A stretch of DNA of 46,918 nucleotides, from NCBI GenBank assembly GCA_026401075.1, contig JAPLNQ010000265.1, positions 1 through 46,918 of the forward strand, given 5' to 3'. This document shows, in pieces, positions 39,433 through 46,918 of the stretch. This DNA comes from Planctomycetia bacterium (lineage in GTDB: Bacteria > Planctomycetota > Planctomycetia > Pirellulales > UBA1268). Position 1 is the first letter of the stretch. Every line of letters starts with the position of its first letter. The notes beneath the pieces are model-generated. The model did no database searches and was not told where the DNA came from. It saw nothing but the letters and a program-made list of their open reading frames with translations. A program made the translations under genes and the position numbers.

Positions 39433-41939
39433 GTCTGAATTCCCTGCTGGCAGACTGCGGTGGCGAGGGAACGTAGCAAAAGCCCCGCCTCGCCAGAAGG
39501 GCGACTTCGAGCCATGAAAAGCGGCCACAAAAAAGGGGACGCAGCCAGTAGTGTTTGGCGTGGATGAGGGCGGGGCTGGCCATGTCCTGAAGAGAGTGAA
39601 AAGGGGACGCAGCTCTTTTCGGCCGCACTTGGCCGAAAAGAGCTGCGTCCCCTTTTCAATCGCTTCCGCAGAAACCACTCGGTACACATGAAAGCCGCCA
39701 GCAGGAGAAACATCGGCCACTTGTCCCAGGCCGCGAACGACCATTCCTCCGTGGTCTCGAAAGCCGCCGGCTTCTTGGCGATCTCGTCGAAGATGCCCGG
39801 CAGTTCCTCGGGCAGCCGCACGCCGCCGCCGGTCGCCTCGGCCAGTTGTCGCATCAGCCGCGGATTGGCCCGTGGGTTGGCCAGTTCCAGATCCTGCCTT
39901 ACCACCGTGAATCGCGCTGCGCGTTCCAGCGGCGTGGGATCCCCTGGCCGCGATGCTTTCACGACCAGCTTCCAATCGCCCGGATCGCTGAAGTCGGAGA
40001 CCGTGCCGGTGAACGTCTCGCCCCGCCTCGCGATGCGGACGGGCCGTGGGAGGCCGGACGGTGAAACGGCGAACGCCTCGACCGCGACGTCGGTCACCGC
40101 CGTGCCATCGGCCTTCGTCAGGCCGGCATCGAATGCGAGCGGAACGCCGGGTGAAATTCTCCGCTGCGCCAGACGGATCCAGAGCGCATCCTGCTCGGAG
40201 TCGTCTTGCTTGGCGAGCCAGAGCACCAGTTGCCGCCAGAAACGCCGGTGCTGCTCGACTGCGCCCTGCATCGCCCATCGCCAGGTCGAGTCGCCGGCGA
40301 AGGCGAGCACGCGACCGTCGCCGTATTCGCGACCGACGAGCAGTGGTCGGCCGTCCGCCGTCACCGCCAGCGGCTTGGCCGTGGGCACGAGCCGACCGAG
40401 ATTGTTTGCGCCCTCGAGTGGCGGCAGTGCCTGCCAGACCGCACGCGAGTCCTGCTCACTCTTTCCCTGCCGCAGGATCGACACGCCGCCAAAGCGTGTG
40501 TCGGGGAGCATCTGCAGCGGCCCCTTGAGATGAAGGCTCTCGCGCACCGGCTCGTCGAACGACTGCCGTGCGAGACGATCAGGCTCGAACGGCATCGCTG
40601 GTGCGAGTGCGGAACTGCCCCAGCCGCCGGCCTCGAACGCATGAAAACCGCCGAGCATGCCGATGCCGGCGCCGGCCTGCACCTTGCGGAGGATCTTCTG
40701 TAGATCGTCTCGTCGTATCGCCGCGGAGTCGAGGTCGCCGATCAGGAAGACGTTGTAATCGCCCGACAACTGCCGGCCGATATCGACAGGCCAGGTGTCG
40801 CGACGGCCTGAATCGATCCACCGAAAATCGACCTGCATGTCGGGGCTGGCCGCGAGCACACGGCGCAAAAACCGCTGCTCAACCCGCAGGCTCCCTTCCA
40901 GGTAGAGCACCCGCAGGCCGCCGTCGACCACCTCCACGAACGTCGAAAGTTCGTTGTTGGTAACCACCACTTCCCCCTCCTGCCGTTCGACGACGAGCGA
41001 CAGCTTCCGTTCGCCCAGGCTCTGCGGCGTCCAGGCGAGGCGGACCGCCTCCTCGACCTCCGCACCTCCTTTCACGGTCGTGCGGGCCACCTCCTCCATG
41101 CCGCCGGTATCGTTCTCGGCCAACAGCTTCACCACCGCATCCCGGTCTGCCAGCCCCTCCAGACGCACGCGGCCCGCGACCTCCAACTGGTTCTTGAGGT
41201 AGACGGTCTCACCCACCGACAGGTTGACGATCGCTGCGTCGCGGCCCTGTCCCGCCCCGAGCTGCTGTCCAAACGTGACGCTCCACAGCGGCACACCGGC
41301 GTCACCAACGGCACGCGCGGCCGTCTGCGGCGGCTCGTCTCGCGGCGGATAGGCGTGCTGGGCACCATCGCTGAGCACGATCACACCGGCAAGCTGCCGA
41401 CCGGCACCCGCCCGCACAGCCTCGGCAATGGCTGCACCGATCGCCGTCTGATCGGATGTCTTGCCGGCCTGCCAGGCGGAGAGCGGAAACGGATTGCCTG
41501 ATGCCGCGGCCACGGGACTCAATTCACGATCAAACGCATAGGTTGCGATGTCGAAATCACCGCTCTCCATCAGGGCCTCGGCTGCCGGCCGTGCCGCTGT
41601 CAGCGACGCAGTCAACGCATCCCAGCGGGTCTGGCCGTTGGGACCGTCCGCCACGGTCATGCTCTTCGAGGCATCGGCGAGCACCACCACGGTACCCTGC
41701 TGCCGCGCCTGCCGAGTCGAGACGAAGGTCGGCCTCAGCATGCAGAGCACGAGCGCAAGAAACGCACCCAGCCGCAGGAGGACGAGCAACAGCACGCGAC
41801 CGTGGGACACACGGGAACGGTCGGGCGGCACGGCCAGCAGCACGGCCAGCAGCGCGACCGTGACCAGCGCCACGAGGAGCCACGAGCCCACAGGGTCGAA
41901 GTGCACTGCCACCCGTTGTGCCGACGTGACCGCGATCAT
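39429..41939 (-). CDS. membrane protein with VWA-like and glutamine-amidotransferase-like domains; C-terminus extended through a palindromic repeat
   Basis: N-terminal TMs (LRLGAF..LRP), DASKSM MIDAS-like, VIVLSDG, LRVLYLEG, GRVLAFAGDSTWRW..FWRQLVLWLA, C-terminal TM ending EWFLRKR, then repeat-derived sequence. Confidence 0.85.
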   Translation of the reverse strand: MIAVTSAQRVAVHFDPVGSWLLVALVTVALLAVLLAVPPDRSRVSHGRVLLLVLLRLGAFLALVLCMLRPTFVSTRQARQQGTVVVLADASKSMTVADGPNGQTRWDALTASLTAARPAAEALMESGDFDIATYAFDRELSPVAAASGNPFPLSAWQAGKTSDQTAIGAAIAEAVRAGAGRQLAGVIVLSDGAQHAYPPRDEPPQTAARAVGDAGVPLWSVTFGQQLGAGQGRDAAIVNLSVGETVYLKNQLEVAGRVRLEGLADRDAVVKLLAENDTGGMEEVARTTVKGGAEVEEAVRLAWTPQSLGERKLSLVVERQEGEVVVTNNELSTFVEVVDGGLRVLYLEGSLRVEQRFLRRVLAASPDMQVDFRWIDSGRRDTWPVDIGRQLSGDYNVFLIGDLDSAAIRRDDLQKILRKVQAGAGIGMLGGFHAFEAGGWGSSALAPAMPFEPDRLARQSFDEPVRESLHLKGPLQMLPDTRFGGVSILRQGKSEQDSRAVWQALPPLEGANNLGRLVPTAKPLAVTADGRPLLVGREYGDGRVLAFAGDSTWRWAMQGAVEQHRRFWRQLVLWLAKQDDSEQDALWIRLAQRRISPGVPLAFDAGLTKADGTAVTDVAVEAFAVSPSGLPRPVRIARRGETFTGTVSDFSDPGDWKLVVKASRPGDPTPLERAARFTVVRQDLELANPRANPRLMRQLAEATGGGVRLPEELPGIFDEIAKKPAAFETTEEWSFAAWDKWPMFLLLAAFMCTEWFLRKRLKRGRSSFRPSAAEKSCVPFSLSSGHGQPRPHPRQTLLAASPFLWPLFMARSRPSGEAGLLLRSLATAVCQQGIQT
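39528..39658. repeat. REP-like family A cluster: perfect 28-bp inverted repeat (39597-39624 / 39631-39658, 6-nt loop) plus a direct copy at 39528-39545
   Basis: TGAAAAGGGGACGCAGCTCTTTTCGGCC-gcactt-GGCCGAAAAGAGCTGCGTCCCCTTTTCA. Confidence 0.92.
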
Positions 41940-44266
41940 GCGCCGGCCTCCTGCGTAACGCCTTCCGGCAGGGGCGGCGGCTCACCGGCCGACCGGTTCG
42001 CCCGTGCCGCAGGCCGTGTGACTGCGGCTCCCGCCTTCACGTCGGCTGCAGTCGCTTCCTCGGCCGCCGCTGCAAACTCGGCCGCCGCACTGGCACCGGC
42101 CGCGATTTCCTCGCGCGGCGCATAGAAGCGGTTGGCCACGGTCCAATCGGCCGCCATGATCAGGGCGGTGAGCAGGATGATCCAGCCGAAGAGTTCGGTG
42201 CCGACGCGTTCGAGGTTGACGTCTCGCACAAGTTCCGCCTCGGTGCGCGCGAGTCTCTGGCCTTGCCCCCATACCGTGGCAAGGCTGTCGGCATTGAGGC
42301 GGGTGAAATCCGTAGCGGTGGGATCGAGGGAGGCGCTAAACCCGGTCACCAGCCCCCCCGCCGCACCGCCGGCACGGACCGAATAATTGCCGGGAAGCTG
42401 CGTGGCGGTGACCGTGAGCACCCCGCGTGCCTGATCGATGGCGACGGGAAACTCATCCCCGCTCGGCGGCCGCACAAACGCCGCCGGCACATCGGGGCGT
42501 GCCACATGCAGGCTGGCCGGCCGGCCGGCCACGACATTCAGGTCATCAGCTGTGTCGATCGCCCGCAGGAGCGTCTCGTTGGCGAGCATCACGAACGGCC
42601 AGGGCTCAAAGCCTGTCGCCAGGGTGTTCCACGCGTCCGGATCATCGGCTGTCTGCGAGACGGGTGTGGTCACGGTCACCACCATCCCCTGCCCAAGCGT
42701 GTGTTCGATCACTGCGGGCAGTCCGTTGCGGTAGGCCGCCACGACATTAGCCGTTGCGTCTGCGTCGGCACCAGCGGGCGCGGCACGACTCGTCTCGAAT
42801 TCCCAGTGCCTCGCCACCGGAAAATCCTGCCACGGCACCGCATCGCCAACCCGGCGGAACGCCGCGAGCATGGGGTGGTCGAGCGCTGCAGGAGCCAGAT
42901 AGTTATCGCCACCGGCTGCCCGCCAGACCCTGACGATGCCGCCGCCGAGCACCCGCTGCGAGGCCTCGCTGTTGAACCGGGCCGCATCGCCAGCCCTGGG
43001 GCCGAGCCATACCACCAGACCACGGCCCGCCGCCACCCATTGGCCGAGCGATTCCCAGGTGGCCGGCGGCAGCGGCGGCGGATCGACGAGGACGATGCCG
43101 CGATAGTCGTCCCAGGCCAGCGACGCCAACTCCGCCACATCGGCAACCGTGACCGTGAAAGCGGCCTGACCCGCCTTGGCAAGCGTCACCGGCGCGATGG
43201 CCTGCGACAGGAACAGACCCGTGCGCGACGCCGGAGCCGGCGCTGCCACGAGCACCCGGGCAGCAGCCCCCACCTCGACGGTGAAGCACCATGCATTGTC
43301 GGCCTCGAGGTCGTCGGTGCCATCGATCACCACGCAGCCCTGTCGAATACCCGGCTCGAGTCCCGTGATCTCGAAATCGATCTGGCCACCGGCACCTTCC
43401 TTCCACGCGCCAGGCTTCACTGCTCGCCTCATCGAGCGGCCGTCGACACCGACCATCTCCACCGCCACTGCCCGAACGGCATCGGTACCGACGCGACTGG
43501 TCGCCACCGTCAGCCCGAGCGGGGAGCCGGCGGGAATTCTGTCGCTGGAAAGCTCGACCGCGTCGATCGCAAAATTGCGGGCCGACGTCGCGCCCACGTC
43601 AACGACGAGCAGGCTCGTGTCAGGATGCGACGCGGCGATATCGAGCGGCGGAGCGTTGTCCCAGGCCCCGCGCGAGCAGTCGGTGAAGAGATAGATCTCG
43701 CGCCGCGGTATTCCCGAGCCGTCCAAGAGCCGAAGGCCAGCGGCGAGCGACTGCGCGAGCGATGCCGCCGGCGTGGTGGCTGCGAGACGGTCGATCCGGG
43801 CCGTGGCCGCCGCGATCGTGGGGGCAAACGCCGCTGCACCGCCCGACGTGTCGAGCACGGCAACCTTGCTCTCCGGCGGCAGCTTCTGGAAAAGCGTTCT
43901 GGCCATGGCGGTGGCCTGCTCCAACCGCGTGCGATTCCCTTCTCGCAGGAGCATCCGCGGCGCCGTATCGAAGATGAATGCCGCCGCCACCGGCCCCTCG
44001 CCGTCGGCCAGCCAGCCGGCGCCGCGAAGCACCGGCCGGGCCAGCGCGAGCGCCAGCAGGGCCAGCGCCGCCATTCGCAGGAGGAGCAGAAACACGTGAC
44101 TGAGGCGGAGCCGCCGGCGGTTGGCGACCGCCTTCTGCTTCAGAAACCGCAGCGCCGGAAACTCCCGCTTCACCGGCTTTCGCCGCATGATGAGATGGAG
44201 CACCAGCGGCACGGCGACCAGCGCCGCGCCACCCAGCAGCATCGGTGTCAGAAACGAGAGGCCCAT
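41936..44266 (-). CDS. BatA (aerotolerance regulator N-terminal) domain + degenerate VWA membrane protein
   Basis: MGLSFLTP..VPLVLHLIMRRKP..FPALRFL..LLLLRM..ALARP, IYLFTD, C-terminal TM. The MIDAS is degenerate (DTAPRM). Confidence 0.88.
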   Translation of the reverse strand: MGLSFLTPMLLGGAALVAVPLVLHLIMRRKPVKREFPALRFLKQKAVANRRRLRLSHVFLLLLRMAALALLALALARPVLRGAGWLADGEGPVAAAFIFDTAPRMLLREGNRTRLEQATAMARTLFQKLPPESKVAVLDTSGGAAAFAPTIAAATARIDRLAATTPAASLAQSLAAGLRLLDGSGIPRREIYLFTDCSRGAWDNAPPLDIAASHPDTSLLVVDVGATSARNFAIDAVELSSDRIPAGSPLGLTVATSRVGTDAVRAVAVEMVGVDGRSMRRAVKPGAWKEGAGGQIDFEITGLEPGIRQGCVVIDGTDDLEADNAWCFTVEVGAAARVLVAAPAPASRTGLFLSQAIAPVTLAKAGQAAFTVTVADVAELASLAWDDYRGIVLVDPPPLPPATWESLGQWVAAGRGLVVWLGPRAGDAARFNSEASQRVLGGGIVRVWRAAGGDNYLAPAALDHPMLAAFRRVGDAVPWQDFPVARHWEFETSRAAPAGADADATANVVAAYRNGLPAVIEHTLGQGMVVTVTTPVSQTADDPDAWNTLATGFEPWPFVMLANETLLRAIDTADDLNVVAGRPASLHVARPDVPAAFVRPPSGDEFPVAIDQARGVLTVTATQLPGNYSVRAGGAAGGLVTGFSASLDPTATDFTRLNADSLATVWGQGQRLARTEAELVRDVNLERVGTELFGWIILLTALIMAADWTVANRFYAPREEIAAGASAAAEFAAAAEEATAADVKAGAAVTRPAARANRSAGEPPPLPEGVTQEAGA

Positions 44267-44278
44267 GTTCGCCTGTCA

Positions 44279-45178
44279 CTAAAACCGGTTGCGGCGGCTG
44301 GAGAGATATCCCAGCAGGGCTCGGTCGAACTGCATGCTCGTGTCGAGCGGTACGTAATCGATACCGGCGTGAAAGCAGGTCTTGCGATAGTCCTCCCGAA
44401 ACGCTTCCACGCCCGCGACATACTGCTTGCGGGCCGCATCGGCATCCACCACCAGACGGTCGAGCGACTCGGGCTCCGTGAACTCCACCATCCCCTCGAA
44501 CGGGAAGCGGACCTCCGCCTCGTCGAGCACGTGGAAGAGAATCACGTCGTGCCCCCGATGACGCAGCCGCAGGAGGGCGTCGCGAACCGGCTCCGGATCC
44601 GCCAGCAGATCGCTGAACACCATCACGAGCGAGCGGTGCCGGAGCATCGCAGCCACCTGCACCAGGCTGCGGGCGATGTCGGTCTTGCCGGAGGGCTTCA
44701 CCTTCGCAAGCACCGACAGCACCTGCGCGATCTGCGACCGCTTCGAGCGGGCCGGCAGGCTGGCATGGAGCTTCTCGTCGAAGACCATCAGGCCGCAAGG
44801 ATCCTGCTGGTGGATCATCAGCCAGCAGAGGGCCGCGGCCAGCGAGATCGAGTATTCAAGCTTCGTGAGCTGCTGCCGGTAGGTGTAGGCCATCGAGGCG
44901 CTCGTATCGACCACCAGATACCCCGTGATGTTGGTCTCGGCCTCGAACTTCTTGACGTAGTGCTTGTCGGTCTTGGCGTAGACCAGCCAGTCGATGTCCT
45001 TGGGATCATCGCCGGCGGTGTATTTACGATGCTCGCTGAACTCAACGGAAAACCCCTGGTAAGGGCTGGCATGGAGCCCCTGCAGGAAGCCCCGCACGAT
45101 GAACTGCGCGCGGAGATCGAGCCGTGCGATCTGCCGCACCACCTCCGGCTTCAGGTATTCCTCGACCGCCCGCACCAT
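44279..45178 (-). CDS. DUF58 domain protein (MoxR-associated)
   Basis: GLHASPYQGFSVEFSEHRKYTAGDDPKDIDW..AKT..KKFEAET, VDTSASM, FSDL. Confidence 0.93.
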   Translation of the reverse strand: MVRAVEEYLKPEVVRQIARLDLRAQFIVRGFLQGLHASPYQGFSVEFSEHRKYTAGDDPKDIDWLVYAKTDKHYVKKFEAETNITGYLVVDTSASMAYTYRQQLTKLEYSISLAAALCWLMIHQQDPCGLMVFDEKLHASLPARSKRSQIAQVLSVLAKVKPSGKTDIARSLVQVAAMLRHRSLVMVFSDLLADPEPVRDALLRLRHRGHDVILFHVLDEAEVRFPFEGMVEFTEPESLDRLVVDADAARKQYVAGVEAFREDYRKTCFHAGIDYVPLDTSMQFDRALLGYLSSRRNRF

Positions 45179-45191
45179 GGGATCGCTCCGG

Positions 45192-46217
45192 TCACTTCAC
45201 CAGCTTTGGAATCTCGGGCTCCGGGATCTCGCGGACGAGCCGCTCGATGATCGACTCGCTGGTGAGGCCGTCGGCCTGCGCCTGGAAGTTGGTGGCGATG
45301 CGGTGCCGCAGCACCGGCCCGGCAATCCGCCGGATGTCATCCAGCGACACGCTGAACCGCCCGTCCATCGCGGCCATCGCCTTGCCGCCCTGGATGAGAA
45401 ACTGTCCCGCCCGCGGCCCCGCGCCCCAGTCCACCAGTTCCGTCACGTAGGCCGGGGCCTGGGGATCCTTGGGACGCGTCGCCCGCACGAGCCGGGCCAC
45501 GTATTTCACAACGTATTCGCTCACCGCCACGCTGCCGACGAGCTTCTGGATGTTGACGATCGCCCGGCCCGACAGCACCTTCCGCACCTCGGGCTTCTCG
45601 GCCCGCGTCGTCGCCATCAGGATCTGCTCCTCCTCACTGGCCGTTGGATACCCAACCTTGATGTTGAACATGAAGCGGTCGAGCTGCGCCTCGGGCAGAG
45701 GATACGTCCCCTCCTGCTCGATCGGATTCTGCGTGGCGATCGTGAAGAAGGGATCGGGCAGGGAGTAGGTCTCCTGACCGACAGAAACCTCCCGCTCCTG
45801 CATCGCCTGCAGGAGCGCCGCCTGGGTCTTGGGCGGCGTACGATTGATCTCGTCGGCGAGCAGGATGTTGGTGAAGATCGGCCCTTCGACGAAGCGAAAC
45901 CGCCGCCGGCCGGCCTCGTCCTCCTCGAGCACGTTGGTGCCGGTGATGTCGGAAGGCATCAGGTCGGGCGTGAATTGCACCCGCTTGAAGCCGACGTCGA
46001 GAATTCTCGCCAGTGTCGACACCATCAGCGTTTTGGCCAGTCCCGGCACGCCCTCCAGCAGGCAGTGCCCGCGGGTGAAGATGGCGGCGAAGAGCTGCTC
46101 GATGACTTCGTTCTGGCCGACGATCACCTTCTGCAGTTCCTCCTGCATCAGCTTCCGATGCTGTGCGAACTCCTGCAGAATCTCATCGAGGGTCTTGGGG
46201 CGGGCGGCGGTGGACAC
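45192..46217 (-). CDS. MoxR family AAA+ ATPase
   Basis: HCLLEGVPGLAKT, RVQFTPDLMPSDITG, LADEINRTPPKTQAALL, ATQNPIEQEGTYPLPEAQLDRF. Start probably GTG 46217. Confidence 0.96.
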   Translation of the reverse strand: MSTAARPKTLDEILQEFAQHRKLMQEELQKVIVGQNEVIEQLFAAIFTRGHCLLEGVPGLAKTLMVSTLARILDVGFKRVQFTPDLMPSDITGTNVLEEDEAGRRRFRFVEGPIFTNILLADEINRTPPKTQAALLQAMQEREVSVGQETYSLPDPFFTIATQNPIEQEGTYPLPEAQLDRFMFNIKVGYPTASEEEQILMATTRAEKPEVRKVLSGRAIVNIQKLVGSVAVSEYVVKYVARLVRATRPKDPQAPAYVTELVDWGAGPRAGQFLIQGGKAMAAMDGRFSVSLDDIRRIAGPVLRHRIATNFQAQADGLTSESIIERLVREIPEPEIPKLVK

Positions 46218-46457
46218 TCCTGGAATCCCTCCGGTTGTGAACCTGGCGTGCGCGCGTGGCGGCACATGACGTCAGTATCCGCCCCAGCACCGAAACCAGC
46301 AAACGACTAGCGTTCTGCCAGCCGCTTTTCCACCTCCCGTCGCCTCAGGTCGATCTGTGCCCATGGAAGAAAACCGTTACTATGGAATCAGGCCTTCACG
46401 AAAGGGTTTGACTTGGATTTTCCGGCACGAATCTACGGGCGATGCAGCGATGCGTTG

Positions 46458-46918
46458 GTGCGACTCCTACTCGTCGCCCTGCTCTGCTCGACGGCGCTGC
46501 ATGCACGGGCAGCCGAGCCGGCTCCGGTCTCGCCCGAGAAGATCCAGCGGGCCATCGAGAAGGCCCGCGACTGGCTGATCCGTGAGCAGGAGGCAAATGG
46601 CTCCTGGGAGTGCTCGATGCGCACGGAGGAGACGCGGGTGGGCGCCACGTCGCTGGTCATGCTGGCGTTGGCCAATGCGGGCGTCGACCGCAGCCATCTC
46701 GCCATGCAGCGAGGTCTCGACTGGCTGCGGCGGCAGAAGCCCGACGAGACCTACTCCGTCTCACTGCAGACGCTCGTTCTGGCAATGCTCTCACCCGACG
46801 CCGACCGCGCTCTCCTCGAACGCAACGTCGACTGGCTGGAGAAGGCTCAGGTGCCGCAGGGACCGGCAACAGGCTCCTGGTCGTATGGCACCAACAAGGG
46901 GACCGGCGACAATTCCAA
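46458..46918 (+). CDS. 3'-truncated secreted protein with prenyltransferase/squalene-cyclase-like repeats (probably DUF4159-containing)
   Basis: Not in the ORF track because it has no stop in the window. Reads VRLLLVALLCSTALHARA-AEP..IQRAIEKARDWLIREQEANGSW..GATSLVMLALANAG..TYSVSLQTLVL..WLEKAQ..GSWSY..GDNS. Confidence 0.75.
   Translation, partial: MRLLLVALLCSTALHARAAEPAPVSPEKIQRAIEKARDWLIREQEANGSWECSMRTEETRVGATSLVMLALANAGVDRSHLAMQRGLDWLRRQKPDETYSVSLQTLVLAMLSPDADRALLERNVDWLEKAQVPQGPATGSWSYGTNKGTGDNS

Noticed and set aside
39433-40278. Long N-terminal extension of the histidine kinase in the ORF track (843 aa)
   Set aside because: Overlaps the upstream gene out of frame; the first TM segment begins right after GTG 39432.
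42263-45250. 995-aa + strand ORF
   Set aside because: Antisense shadow of the BatA and DUF58 genes; Arg/His-rich composition without family motifs.

Overview
GC-rich bacterial chromosomal segment. The gene families present (DUF1549/DUF1553, planctomycete cytochrome c-WD40, DUF1501, DUF1559, fhcC/fwdC, DUF4159-type) point to Planctomycetota, probably Pirellulales-like; this is inference. Order of contents: secreted hydrolase/oxidoreductase genes; a PPC-DUF1549/1553 + cytochrome c/WD40 + DUF1501 module; a kdsD-kdsC operon ending in a 1066-aa multi-OstA/LptA-like protein; fba, ybaN and an MFS transporter; a Cys-pentapeptide lipoprotein; an atypical FAS-II cluster (fabZ-like, extended ACP, fabZ-like, fabF); fhcC; rpsL-rpsG without fusA; an islet with three toxin-antitoxin modules around a DUF1559 pair; sppA, lexA and a sigma54 two-component system; a MoxR-DUF58-BatA/VWA operon; and a partial divergent DUF4159-type gene. 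Best candidates for undescribed biology: (1) the giant single-chain LptC/LptA-like bridge at the lptC-lptA position after kdsD-kdsC; (2) the specialised ACP/FabZ/FabF cluster beside a strict CX4-repeat lipoprotein; (3) three unrelated REP/REPIN-like families with ~62-69-bp geometry, one of which has been absorbed into protein termini. Three genes carry internal deletions with frameshifts, and 14-15-bp tandem duplications recur. No tRNA, rRNA, cas gene, integrase or transposase was recognised. All family calls are from motif recognition by eye; no database searches were run.
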